From: Candidatus Wallbacteria bacterium
GTDB taxonomy: Bacteria; Muiribacteriota; UBA6191; JACPRK01
Length of the DNA stretch: 64,000 nt
Direction of reading: 5' to 3'
Assembly (NCBI GenBank): GCA_016213845.1
Contig: JACQZN010000129.1
Coordinates: forward strand, 13,268 to 77,267
This document shows, one piece after another, positions 38,039 through 47,742 of the stretch (positions within the stretch are counted from its first letter, which is position 1; every line of letters starts with the position of its first letter). The notes under the pieces are model-generated. The model worked only from the letters and a program-made list of their open reading frames with translations. It was not told the origin of the DNA and did not search any database. The translations under genes were made by a program, and so were the position numbers.

Positions 38039-38380
38039 ATGCGCGAAATCCGAAACGTCACCCGCGGGACCGTGCTGGCAACCGGCGCCCGCTGGGCGGA
38101 CACGTTCCTGACCAGGCTCAAGGGTCTGTTGCTTCGGCTAGAGCTGGAGCCGGGAGAGGCGCTGGTCCTGACCCCCTGCAACTCGGTTCACATGTTCGGG
38201 ATGCTCTTCAGCCTGGACGTCGTTTTCTGCGACGCCGCCAAGCGAGTCGTGCGCGTGGTCAGGAGGTTGCGCCCCTTCCTGGCGACGCTGCCCGTTTCGG
38301 GCGCCGTCTACGCGCTCGAGATGGCCCCAGGCGCCGTCGACGCCAGCCGGACCGAACCCGGCGACCAGCTCGAGTTCTAG
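38039..38380 (+). CDS. DUF192 family protein
   Basis: ADTFLTRLKGLL, CNSVHMFGMLFSLDVVF, ALEM motifs; this family is often found next to tad loci. Confidence 0.85.
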   Translation: MREIRNVTRGTVLATGARWADTFLTRLKGLLLRLELEPGEALVLTPCNSVHMFGMLFSLDVVFCDAAKRVVRVVRRLRPFLATLPVSGAVYALEMAPGAVDASRTEPGDQLEF

Positions 38381-38390
38381 CCAGCCCGGC

Positions 38391-38412
38391 GTTTCCCCCG
38401 GGGGGGGGAAAC
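38391..38412. other. 9-bp-stem hairpin containing a G9 homopolymer
   Basis: GTTTCCCCC / GGGGGAAAC with 4-G loop. Confidence 0.6.
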
Positions 38413-38507
38413 TGCGCGCGATGCGACAAGATTGCGGGGGCAGCCGGCCCGTTTTTGGCTGCGATGCATAAACTCGTCGAATCAACGAGCCGATGGAGTA
38501 GTGAGTC

Positions 38508-38570
38508 GGGTCTGCCAAGTCCATGCGCGCCGTCTGGTTCTCCGGCGCGGGCCGGATTCGAGGCAGACCC
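38508..38570 (+). promoter_or_regulatory. Long imperfect hairpin ending right at the RBS of the giant lipoprotein
   Basis: GGGTCTGCC (38508-38516) / GGCAGACCC (38562-38570); inner CGCGCCG / CGGCGCG; AGGAGG follows at 38571. Confidence 0.5.
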
Positions 38571-38584
38571 AGGAGGCCAACTCC

Positions 38585-41500
38585 ATGTTGCTGACGCTCC
38601 AGAAGATCGCCCTGTTGTTGCCGCTCTGCGCCCTTTCACTGTGGCTCGCGGGTTGCGGCGAAGGCGCCGGACTGCAGTCCACGGACACTGTCTTCACGGT
38701 GAGGCAGAAGTCTCCAGCCAGGATCGAGCTGGAGGTCTTTCCAGCGCTGATGCCTGCTGACGGGATCTCGACCGCTCAGGTGCTGGCGCGCGTCTACAAT
38801 GACGAGGGCTCCCTCTCGGGACCCGACGTGGCCGTCTCGTTCGGTCTGACGAGCCGCCTGGGAACCGTCACGCAGAACGGCAACGTCAACCAGTCGGGCG
38901 TGGCACCTGCCATCTACACGGCCGGCACCGTTCCCGGGACAACCACGATCGTGGCCCGCGCCGGAAACGCCTCGGCCACCGTCAACATCACGCTCGTCGA
39001 GCAGGTGTCGCGAAACTTCTCGGCCAGTGTCGTCCAGAGCGCCGGCAGCACCAACAGCCTGGACGTCGCGGTCACCGTTCCCGGCGTGCCGCCGCAGCAG
39101 ACCGGCGGCGTGGCCGTTTCGGTGCAGGCAATCGATCAAGACGGCGTGGCGCTTCCGGCAACGTACTACCCGACCGGTGGAGCCGGCGTCACGGACCTTG
39201 CCGGCAACTTCACCTCTCGCATCTTCCTGGGCCCGCTCACCACAGCGCAAATTCAGAACGGCGTCCAGGGCTTCGTCGTCGTCACCGTCAACAGCCGGAA
39301 CCTGACGCTCATACCGTTCAGTATCGCCGGCGGCGGCGGCGGCAGCGGCTCGGGTCCACGAGCCCCGACCTTCCCAGACTCCGTCGTCTTCACACCCTCG
39401 CAGATCAGCTTCGGTGTGCGCGACAATTCGACGATTTCCATCCCGCTCCGCGCCCAGTTCCCCCAGAACGCACGCGGGTTCGCCGCCGTCTTCACCCTGA
39501 ACCCTGGCTTCGGAACCGCAGCGGCCGGCGGTATCACCGGATTCTTCACACCCTCCACGCCCGGCGGCGCAACCGGCCCGACGCAGTCGGTCGTCGTCAG
39601 CGCAGACGGCACGGCCTCGACGACACTCGTCCTGACGAACGTCCGCTCCAGCCAGATCGGGAGCGGTCTAGTCCTCGCGGCCAACACACGCGTCGACGCC
39701 ACCATCAACGGCGTCCCGTTCCAGTTCGCGGGAAGCGCTCCCGTAACGCTCTTGCCGAACACCCAGCCGCTCTCGCTCTTGGCCCTCACGGCGACGCCGA
39801 CCCGACTGTCCGTATCCGCCGGCGCCAGCTTCTCGGTGACGATGACGGCACGGGTCCAGGCGCAAGACGGCTCCTTCCCGGCCGGCGTCTTCGTCACCTT
39901 CGGCAGCGATCAGAGCCGAGGCGTCATCTTCCCGACCACCCAGGCCACCGACGCCAGCGGCGTCGCCAGGGCCACGTTCAGCATCGATCAGGTCCCCGCA
40001 TCGCTCCTGGCCAACGGCCTGTTCCTGACTCTGCGAGCCTCGGCGCCGTCGGGCTCGGGCACGAACCTTCAGGCCACGACATCGGTCTTCGTCTCTCCCT
40101 CGTTCGGACCGCCGGACCACCTGGTCCTGTCGTCAAACGTGCGACCCAATCCGACGACCAGCACCATCTTCGTGCAGGGCTCCTCCTTCCCCACCGTCAC
40201 GCAGATCACCTATGACGTGCTCGACATCAACGACAACGTGGCGCGCTCGGCAACGGAGCGCGTCCAGTTCGTCCTCGAGAACGGCGGGTTGAAGGGCGGC
40301 GAGAGCCTGGAGCCGGGAGCCGGCACGTCGTTGACCACGGGCGCGCTCATCCTCAACGGACGCGCCACGACCACGCTCAGATCCGGCATCCGGGCCGGCA
40401 CCGTCCGCATCATCGCCTTCATCGACAACGTCATCAGCAACGGTCAGCCCGATCCGGGTGAACCGCGCTCCGAGCCGATCACCATCAGCATTTCCGGCGG
40501 CCTCCCGTCCGGCCAGAACCTCAGCATCGTCCCGGGCGTCCTCAACATCAGCGGCCTCATCCGGGCCGACCTGACCGACCTACTGACGGCGTACCTGGCA
40601 GACCAGTTCAACAACCCCGTCATCGCCGGCACGCGCGTCAGCTTCCGATCCTATGATCGCGTGACCCTCGACAGCGCTGCATCGGTCACGGCCAATGGCG
40701 TCGTCACCTCCACGTCCAGTCGGGCCACGGGAGTCCTGGTCAGCCAGCTCCCCTCCCCCGTCAGCGGGTTCGTGGGCGTACAGGCCCAGACCAACGCCGG
40801 CGTCGACGCCACCGCGCTCACCATCGCCCAGGATCCGGCGCGCACCAATCAGCTCTACGTCGGCACCGACGGCGGCGGCGTGTACCAGGGCGTCTTCAAC
40901 CCGAGCGGCTTCCTCCCCTTCGGCAACCTGGCCTGGCAAAACGTCGGCACAGGTCGCACCGGCCTGGAAAACGGCTACGTCCGCGCGCTGGCGATCGATC
41001 CGCGCACGGGCTTGAACGGAATCCTCTACGCCGGCACGGAGCGCGGCCTCTTCCGCTCCACCGGTAGCGGCGGCGTCTGGCTTGCCCGCAGCGGCAGCGG
41101 CCGCGTCGAAAACGAGATTCCCACGCCGGGCTTCAGCACGCCGCCGGCCACTCCGACCACCTTCACGTTGACCCGGGCTTCGACGATGAGCCGCGCCCGC
41201 ACCATCATCCGCGAGAACGGCGTCCGCCGCTTCGATTTCGTCTACGATTCGCCGACCCAGATCCGCTTCATCCAGACACGCGGTGAACCGGCGCCCGTCG
41301 CCGCCAACCTCCGGGTCAGCTACGACTTCGATCAGGCCCTTCCCGACCGCGTACCGGTCACCTCGATCGTCGTCAGCCGCAACACCTTCCAGAACGCCAC
41401 GCCCAACGAGGACAACGCAATCGTCTACGCGGGAACCCTCGGCGGCGGCGTCTTCCGGTCGACCGACGGCGGCACGACCTGGGTCGCCATCAATACCGGC

Positions 41501-42679
41501 CTCAAGAACCTGAACGTGCTGACCCTGGTCCACGCCCGGATGCCGAGCCGCACCCAGGACATCGTGCTTCTGGCGGGTACCCAGGGCGGCGGCGTGTTCA
41601 AGCTGACGGGCGGCAATCCCGCGCTGGGCGGCCAGTTCCGCGTGCTCGACGAGGCGCTGGTCACAGACGCCCAGGCCGGCACCTCGCTGCGGTGGGACAG
41701 CGCCAACTTGAACCTGACCGCGACTCACATCCTCTCGATGGCCAGCGACCCGGACCGCCCGATCGACAACGGCCTTCCCTTCCGGGTCTACGTCGGCACC
41801 GACGTGGGCGGCGTCTTCCGGACCCTCACGAACAACCTCTTCACGGCCCTGCCAGCAGCGCTCAGCTGGTCGCCCGCAACGCGCAACGTCTCAGCGGCCA
41901 ACCTCTCCAACACGCGGGTCACCGGCCTGGCCGTCGACCCGCAATCGCTGGCCGTCTTCGCCTCCACACTCGACGACGCCGACCCCAAAAACCCGATCGG
42001 CGGGATGTTCCGCAGCACCGACAACGGCAGCCTCTTCTTCCCGATTGGCTCCCCGCTCTCGGGCAGCGCCCAGCCCCTGCAGAATAGCCGTCTCCGCAGC
42101 GTCAGTATCGCCGGCGGCCTCCTCTTCGTCGGCGGCGACGGACGCCAGATGTGGCTGTCGCGAAACCCGCTCGACGCGGTGACCGCCAGCGTGCAATTCA
42201 CCGAGGTCGGCAGGATCGGCTCGCTGGCGTCGGCAACCATCACGGTCAACCCGCAGATCGACAACAACATCTACGACACCACTCGGGTGCTCTTCAGCGG
42301 CTCCCCTCAGGTCGTGATCACTCCGCTCTCAGGCAACTTCACGATCGGCGCAGCCGGCGCGCAGGACTTCCTGGTGACGATCTCCGACGCCAACGGCAAC
42401 CCGCTGCCCGGCTCCACGACGGTGACCATCACCAGCTCTCCGAAGGGCACGCCGTCGCGCACCACCATCTCCATCCCCGACACGCTAGAGGGCGGCACGG
42501 ACTTCGCCTTCAACGTCGTCAACGACCTGGCCGCCGTCACGGCCACCAGCGGCACAGCCACCGGTGCTACCGGCATCACCATCAGCGTCAAGGCGACCAT
42601 CAACTTGCCGAGCGGAGGGACCTCCACCGCGGAGGACTCCATCGCCCGCCAGCTCGTTCCGCCCGTCACCGGACCCTGA
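38585..42679 (+). CDS. 1364-aa surface lipoprotein with invasin/intimin-type Ig-like domains and a BNR/Asp-box beta-propeller
   Basis: Lipobox LAG|C; Big_1-like units (ADGISTAQVLARVYN; LADQFNNPV; ISDANGNPL); about 7 xYxGTxGGGVF blades including STDGGTTW. Confidence 0.8.
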   Translation: MLLTLQKIALLLPLCALSLWLAGCGEGAGLQSTDTVFTVRQKSPARIELEVFPALMPADGISTAQVLARVYNDEGSLSGPDVAVSFGLTSRLGTVTQNGNVNQSGVAPAIYTAGTVPGTTTIVARAGNASATVNITLVEQVSRNFSASVVQSAGSTNSLDVAVTVPGVPPQQTGGVAVSVQAIDQDGVALPATYYPTGGAGVTDLAGNFTSRIFLGPLTTAQIQNGVQGFVVVTVNSRNLTLIPFSIAGGGGGSGSGPRAPTFPDSVVFTPSQISFGVRDNSTISIPLRAQFPQNARGFAAVFTLNPGFGTAAAGGITGFFTPSTPGGATGPTQSVVVSADGTASTTLVLTNVRSSQIGSGLVLAANTRVDATINGVPFQFAGSAPVTLLPNTQPLSLLALTATPTRLSVSAGASFSVTMTARVQAQDGSFPAGVFVTFGSDQSRGVIFPTTQATDASGVARATFSIDQVPASLLANGLFLTLRASAPSGSGTNLQATTSVFVSPSFGPPDHLVLSSNVRPNPTTSTIFVQGSSFPTVTQITYDVLDINDNVARSATERVQFVLENGGLKGGESLEPGAGTSLTTGALILNGRATTTLRSGIRAGTVRIIAFIDNVISNGQPDPGEPRSEPITISISGGLPSGQNLSIVPGVLNISGLIRADLTDLLTAYLADQFNNPVIAGTRVSFRSYDRVTLDSAASVTANGVVTSTSSRATGVLVSQLPSPVSGFVGVQAQTNAGVDATALTIAQDPARTNQLYVGTDGGGVYQGVFNPSGFLPFGNLAWQNVGTGRTGLENGYVRALAIDPRTGLNGILYAGTERGLFRSTGSGGVWLARSGSGRVENEIPTPGFSTPPATPTTFTLTRASTMSRARTIIRENGVRRFDFVYDSPTQIRFIQTRGEPAPVAANLRVSYDFDQALPDRVPVTSIVVSRNTFQNATPNEDNAIVYAGTLGGGVFRSTDGGTTWVAINTGLKNLNVLTLVHARMPSRTQDIVLLAGTQGGGVFKLTGGNPALGGQFRVLDEALVTDAQAGTSLRWDSANLNLTATHILSMASDPDRPIDNGLPFRVYVGTDVGGVFRTLTNNLFTALPAALSWSPATRNVSAANLSNTRVTGLAVDPQSLAVFASTLDDADPKNPIGGMFRSTDNGSLFFPIGSPLSGSAQPLQNSRLRSVSIAGGLLFVGGDGRQMWLSRNPLDAVTASVQFTEVGRIGSLASATITVNPQIDNNIYDTTRVLFSGSPQVVITPLSGNFTIGAAGAQDFLVTISDANGNPLPGSTTVTITSSPKGTPSRTTISIPDTLEGGTDFAFNVVNDLAAVTATSGTATGATGITISVKATINLPSGGTSTAEDSIARQLVPPVTGP

Positions 42680-42698
42680 CCCGTTCGAAATCTCGGAG

Positions 42699-42734
42699 CA
42701 GCCCCGGCCCCCGCGGTCCGGGGCTGTTTCGTTT
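42699..42734 (+). terminator. Intrinsic terminator
   Basis: CAGCCCCGG / CCGGGGCTG stem followed by TTTCGTTT. Confidence 0.75.
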
Positions 42735-42783
42735 CGGTGCAGGGGCCGAAAGTGCGCTCTCCCGCTGTGCTATCCTTGCACCT

Positions 42784-43092
42784 ATGGCAGAGCTCGAAGC
42801 GGGCGAGCCGGCGATCGACGAGAAGCTGGTGCGGTACCTGTGCCGGCTATCGCGGCTCTCGCTCACAGACGAAGAGATCCCGCGTTACGCCGCCCAGCTG
42901 GAGCAGATTGTCGGCTACGTGCGGATGCTGGATGAAGTGCCGACCGATGGTATCGAGCCGACCAGCCACGTGCTCGAGCTCGCAAACGTCACGCGTCCCG
43001 ACGTGCCGGTCGCCTCCGCGCCGCGCGAGAAGATCCTGGCCAACGCGCCGTGCGCGACCGAAGACTCGTTCAAGGTCCCGAAGATCGTCTGA
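42784..43092 (+). CDS. gatC: Asp/Glu-tRNA amidotransferase subunit C
   Basis: VRYLCRLSRLSL, VPTDGIEPTSH, R.D, ILANAP....FKVPKIV. Confidence 0.9.
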   Translation: MAELEAGEPAIDEKLVRYLCRLSRLSLTDEEIPRYAAQLEQIVGYVRMLDEVPTDGIEPTSHVLELANVTRPDVPVASAPREKILANAPCATEDSFKVPKIV

Positions 43093-44903
43093 GCGCGCCC
43101 TTCTGGGGGGTCGCCGGGTTGGCGGCCGCGGGGCCGCTCTTGGCTTCGGTCAATACCGTCGCCTGGCTGGCTGCGGCAATCGCCGCCCTGGCCACGGCAG
43201 GGGCGGCAGCACTCCGGGAGGGCGCCACCATAGGCGCCCAGGCGACCCTCACGGCGCGGATCTGGGTGGCGTGGCTGGCCTTCCTCGTCGCCTCGCTGGC
43301 GTGGGCGCCGTGCTTTCATGGTTCGGCCCTGGGAGTGGCGAAGCTCCTGGCCATCCACCTGGCCGCGATGGGCATCGCGTTCGCCCCGTCCTTGCGCGCC
43401 CGCCACGCCGCACTGCTGGCCACCTGCCTGGCGGTGGCGGTGGTAATCGCCCTCTTTGGCCTGCAGGAAGTGGCTGCCGGCAAGGAGATGCTTCCGGGCT
43501 GGGTCGACCCGGCACATCAGAGCTCCATCCGGACCCGCGCGGCCTCGACGCTGGCGAACCCGAACCTGCTGGCCGGGTATCTGGCGCTCTGGCTTCCGGT
43601 CGCCGCCGGTTGCGCGCTCGACGGGGCCTCGCCCATCGCCCCGATCGCGATGGTGGTCGTGCTGTTCGCGGCGCTGCTCTTCACGTTCTCCAGGGGCGGC
43701 TGGCTCGGCGCAGCGGCCGGAACTGTCCTGCTTCTTTGGCTGACGCGCCGGCATCCCAAGCTGGGCCGGCTGAAGTGGGTCCTGGCCGGCGCGTTGGCTG
43801 TCTCGGTCTTCGTTGCACCCCAGCTGATGGAGCGCACTTCCAGCGCGGGGCGCTCCGGGGAACTGGGCGTCCAGCAAAGGCTCCAGCTCTGGGCCGGGGT
43901 AGTCGACTGCATCCGGGAGCGTCCCCTCGCCGGCTCCGGATTCAACAGCTTCGAGACGGCCTACCCGAGGAGCCGCAAGGTCGGCGGCTACTACCCCCTC
44001 GACGCTCACAACGACTTGCTTCACGTCGCCGTCGAGGGGGGACTCCCGGGCGCGCTCTTGTACGCTGTGCTGCTGGCGGCCGTCGTCCTGTCCGCGCTCC
44101 GCTCCCGGGCCGGCGAGGCCGACGCCACCGGTGCCGGCCTTGCCGCCGGGCTCCTCGGCGCCATCGTGGCATCCTTCTTCATGGGGTCGATCCGCTACCT
44201 GGGAATGCAGGTGCCATTCTGGTTCGCCGCAGCCCTGGCGACGGGAAGGAGTCACCCCACTCCCGGGGACCAAGGGCGCTTGGCCTCCCGGCTTCCCGCC
44301 GCAGCCCTGCTCCTGGCCGCCGCCGCCACGCTCTACTGGGTAGCCACCTGGATCACGGACCCATCGCTGTCCGACGGGCAACGGCCGACCGCAAGGATGC
44401 TCCAGGCGCGGCTAGCGTGGATGCCGTGGCGCCACGAGCTGCGGCTGATTCATGGTCGGCTGCTCGCCGCGGAAGGAAACTCGCAGGCGGCCCTGGAGGA
44501 GTTTAAACGGGCTCAATCGCTCGATCCACTCCAGGGAGACTACGACCGCTGGCAGGCTCAGGTCCTGGCCGGCAGCGGCCGGGCGCAGGAAGCCCTGGAG
44601 GCCATCGATCGGGCGCTTGCCGCGGACCCGATGTCGGAGGAGTACCTTCTCTTGAAGGGCAGGCTGCTGGCCCGGATGGGCCGGCTGGCGGATGCGGCGG
44701 CCGCCCTGGAGCGGGCGCTCGCGACCAACGAGCAGTACCTGAAGATCAACACGGCCGTCTATCCGCGAGTGTTCGGGGAGCTGACGGCACTCTATGGCCG
44801 GATGGGACGCGCTGCCGACATGGCGGCGACAGCGGCCCGCGCCCGCGCTCTTTACCCGGACCTGCCGGCGCCGCCCGTTGCCATCACGCCCACGATGCGA
44901 TAA
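43050..44903 (+). CDS. O-antigen ligase (Wzy_C)-like membrane protein with C-terminal TPRs; start uncertain (GTG 43050 or TTG 43119)
   Basis: RAASTLANPN, TFSRGGWLG, R..LW, PLAGSG..SF, AHNDLLH...EGG; three to four TPRs. Confidence 0.8.
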   Translation: MRDRRLVQGPEDRLSAPFWGVAGLAAAGPLLASVNTVAWLAAAIAALATAGAAALREGATIGAQATLTARIWVAWLAFLVASLAWAPCFHGSALGVAKLLAIHLAAMGIAFAPSLRARHAALLATCLAVAVVIALFGLQEVAAGKEMLPGWVDPAHQSSIRTRAASTLANPNLLAGYLALWLPVAAGCALDGASPIAPIAMVVVLFAALLFTFSRGGWLGAAAGTVLLLWLTRRHPKLGRLKWVLAGALAVSVFVAPQLMERTSSAGRSGELGVQQRLQLWAGVVDCIRERPLAGSGFNSFETAYPRSRKVGGYYPLDAHNDLLHVAVEGGLPGALLYAVLLAAVVLSALRSRAGEADATGAGLAAGLLGAIVASFFMGSIRYLGMQVPFWFAAALATGRSHPTPGDQGRLASRLPAAALLLAAAATLYWVATWITDPSLSDGQRPTARMLQARLAWMPWRHELRLIHGRLLAAEGNSQAALEEFKRAQSLDPLQGDYDRWQAQVLAGSGRAQEALEAIDRALAADPMSEEYLLLKGRLLARMGRLADAAAALERALATNEQYLKINTAVYPRVFGELTALYGRMGRAADMAATAARARALYPDLPAPPVAITPTMR

Positions 44904-45041
44904 TGAGCCAGTCGAGTCGGAGCCACAGCAGGACTCGCTCAACTCGCGGAAGCTCTAACCTGATCCTGCGATTCCGGCTCTGTCCGACGGACGGCGGTTC
45001 ATGCGGGCCGCGCGCCGGGCGGACACAGGAGGAGACAGCCC

Positions 45042-46082
45042 ATGAACCGGAACATGATGATTGTGCTGGTGCTGGTCGCAGGAGCGCTCGGGTTTCTGTT
45101 CATCCAGAACCAGCGGGAGCGCGAGCGGCAGCGTGTGGCCGAGGAAGAGGAGCGCCGCAAGAAGATCGAGCTCCAGCTGCGCCAGGCGCAGGAAGGCAAG
45201 GTCACCGTGTTGCGCGCCAACGTGGCCCTTCCCGCCAACACGCGCGTGCCCGACACCGCCATCCGCTCCGAGACCATCAGCAAGGACTTCGCTCCGCGTG
45301 ACGCCATCCTGAAGGTCGAAGACGTCGTCGACAAGTTCACCACCGAGCAGATCCCCAAGGACGATATCGTCAACCGCAATCGCCTGACGGACGCCGCGCG
45401 GACGCTGGAGTCCTTCCTCCAGGAGGGCGAGCGCTTCTACAGCATCCGCGTCGACGGCGTCAATGCGGTGAGCGGGTTCATCAAGCAAGGCGACCACGTC
45501 GACATCGTCGCCATCCTCACCTACGGCGGCATCCAGGTCTGCCGGACGGTGCTGTCCAACCTCGAGATTTTCAGCGTCAACGCCTACAAGTGGGAGATCA
45601 GCGCCGAAGACAAGAAGAAGGGCGACCTCGGCAACATGACGGTCACCTTCCGGCTCAACGGCGATCAGGCCAGCCGGCTGATCCAGTTGATCCAGCTCGG
45701 CATCCAGCCGCGCTTCATGCTCCGGCCGCCGAGCGATATCGATCCGACGCTCACGTACGGCTGGACCGTGGAGCACATCGTCAACGACGAGGACCCGTCC
45801 AAGCCCAGAGGACCGCAGATGCCCGTGCGCAAGGAGGGCGAGCCGCCGCCGATGGTGGCCATCGAAGTCATCCGCCACAGGACCGTGAGCCAGGAGACGT
45901 TCCCGCTCACCACGCCGGAGGCCGAAGTCTACGATGCCAACAAGGCTCCACTGCCCGCCAGCAGCGACCTGCCGGCGCCACTGGGGACACCGCGGCCCGG
46001 CATGGCTCCAGCGACGACGGCGCCGGCGAGCGCTCCCCTCCAGTCGGGTGGGCCCATCCAGGGAGTCGCGCCGGCCCGGTAG
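45042..46082 (+). CDS. cpaB: Second CpaB/RcpC paralogue
   Basis: TM plus coiled coil; SAF-like domain; GERFYSIRVD, VSGFIKQGDHVDI, VLSNLEIFSV, VTFRL; strong RBS. Confidence 0.8.
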   Translation: MNRNMMIVLVLVAGALGFLFIQNQRERERQRVAEEEERRKKIELQLRQAQEGKVTVLRANVALPANTRVPDTAIRSETISKDFAPRDAILKVEDVVDKFTTEQIPKDDIVNRNRLTDAARTLESFLQEGERFYSIRVDGVNAVSGFIKQGDHVDIVAILTYGGIQVCRTVLSNLEIFSVNAYKWEISAEDKKKGDLGNMTVTFRLNGDQASRLIQLIQLGIQPRFMLRPPSDIDPTLTYGWTVEHIVNDEDPSKPRGPQMPVRKEGEPPPMVAIEVIRHRTVSQETFPLTTPEAEVYDANKAPLPASSDLPAPLGTPRPGMAPATTAPASAPLQSGGPIQGVAPAR

Positions 46083-46092
46083 CCGATTCGCT

Positions 46093-47643
46093 TCATCTCT
46101 TCCGCCGGCCGTAGTACGTGAGCGTGAGCGTCCCCGTCCGCGTCGCAGCGTAGCGAGCGTGGTCAGGAGACGGAGCCAGCGGGATTGTGACGCGCTCCAT
46201 CGAGTAGCGCTCCTGGAAGGCTGAAAGGCGGGCCAGCTCCAGGTCCCCGAGAAACCTGGGGCGCCCGGCGGGGTCCCCTTCCGCGTAGCCCAGGATGATG
46301 AAATCGGGCCGCCGGGCGAGGACGTAGGCGCCATCGCCCTTGGAGTGACCGGGCACGCGCTGCCACGGGAGCTCCGTCGCGGGCGGGCGCCTGCGGGCGA
46401 TGACGCGGTCGGTCAGCCCCAGCATGTCGAGGAACGCGAGCCTGGGAGCGAAGTAGGGTGTCGAGCCGGCCGTGTTGAGCGCCACGAGGGAGCCGGCCGG
46501 CCAGCGGGCGTCGATGTAGCGACCGACGAGCTCGCCGACGTGGGCTGCGGGATCGCGATACAGAGCTGGAGTCGAGTGAACCTGGAGTGCAGCCAACGAC
46601 AGGGCCGCCATGAGCCGGACGGACGGACGGACGTGGGCACGCAGCTCGTGCGCGGCAAGCCCCGCCAGCAAGGCAATCAGCCCGACGACGGGAACGAGCA
46701 ACCGATGTGCCGGCATGTGGTCCCCGCCCGCAGCCGCCGCCATCGCAGCGACCGCGAGACCGAGCAGAGCGGGAATCAGGGCGCGCGCCGCCCGTCCTCG
46801 GCCCAGGAGCAGGCCCGCCGCCAAGACCCCCGCTACGGCCAGCCACGGGGGGGCGGAGACCCAGCTCCAGACGTAGCCCAACCCACGCGGCAGAAGCTCC
46901 GACTCGAGCCCCCAGACCTTGGCGTAATAGGTGTTGGGCAGCCACTCGCCGTAATAGCTGCGGCGCCAGGCCAGATGGGAAGCCCAGAACGCGCCGGCCA
47001 CCAGGGCGAAGGTGGCCAGTGCCCGGAAGCGGGCCCGCCGGTCAGCATCGCCCAGGCACGCGAGAAGCACCGCGCAGCTCCCGGCCAGCCCCGCGCCCTC
47101 GGGGCGCGTCCAGCAGGCTAACCCCGCGGCCAGGCCAGCGGAGGCGACCCACCTGGGTTCGTGCGCTCGCTCGACCGCGCCGACCGCAGCGATGGCCTGC
47201 ACCGTCACCACCAGCGCCATCAGCGGCGCCTCGAGCCCTCCCATCGTCCAGGCCGCAAGCGGACCCGACGCCGCGGCCACCAGAGAAGCGATCGTCCAGG
47301 CGAGGGGTGTCAGTCCAAGGGCCCTTCCGCTGCCGGGGCCCAGCACCGCCAGCAGCGCGCCGAACGCCGCCAGGTTCACCAGCCGTGCGGCTGAAGGCAG
47401 CTCCATCCAGGTCCCTGCCAGGGCGGAGAGGCCGAGGTGCAGAAAGCTCGTGTAGCCCTCTACCCGCTCACCCGGGTTCCAGACGGGACCGTACCCGGCA
47501 AGCAGGTTGCGCGCGTACCTAAGCATCACGAAGGCATCGTCGTGGAAGAAGCCGGCGACCCGCGCGAAGACGATGGCAGCCGCCACCGTCAGCCCCACCC
47601 AGCCTGCCACCGCCCACCCGCGCTCCTCCGCGTCGCTCCGCAC
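46093..47643 (-). CDS. GT-C-type membrane glycosyltransferase (DDA...RYA family)
   Basis: [50 protein letters not shown]. Start inferred at GTG 47643. Confidence 0.75.
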   Translation of the reverse strand: MRSDAEERGWAVAGWVGLTVAAAIVFARVAGFFHDDAFVMLRYARNLLAGYGPVWNPGERVEGYTSFLHLGLSALAGTWMELPSAARLVNLAAFGALLAVLGPGSGRALGLTPLAWTIASLVAAASGPLAAWTMGGLEAPLMALVVTVQAIAAVGAVERAHEPRWVASAGLAAGLACWTRPEGAGLAGSCAVLLACLGDADRRARFRALATFALVAGAFWASHLAWRRSYYGEWLPNTYYAKVWGLESELLPRGLGYVWSWVSAPPWLAVAGVLAAGLLLGRGRAARALIPALLGLAVAAMAAAAGGDHMPAHRLLVPVVGLIALLAGLAAHELRAHVRPSVRLMAALSLAALQVHSTPALYRDPAAHVGELVGRYIDARWPAGSLVALNTAGSTPYFAPRLAFLDMLGLTDRVIARRRPPATELPWQRVPGHSKGDGAYVLARRPDFIILGYAEGDPAGRPRFLGDLELARLSAFQERYSMERVTIPLAPSPDHARYAATRTGTLTLTYYGRRKR

Positions 47644-47742
47644 GCCCCCACCGTAACACCCGCCGGCGCGCGCCCGGTGAGTCCTTTGCGGGGGCGGGCG
47701 GGGGTGGTACGATCCAGGCATCCCGGCGAGGCCGCGGCGACG

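Noticed and set aside
38456-38467. sigma54 promoter (also TGGCAG at 58750)
   Set aside because: The GG-to-GC spacing is not the required 10 nt.
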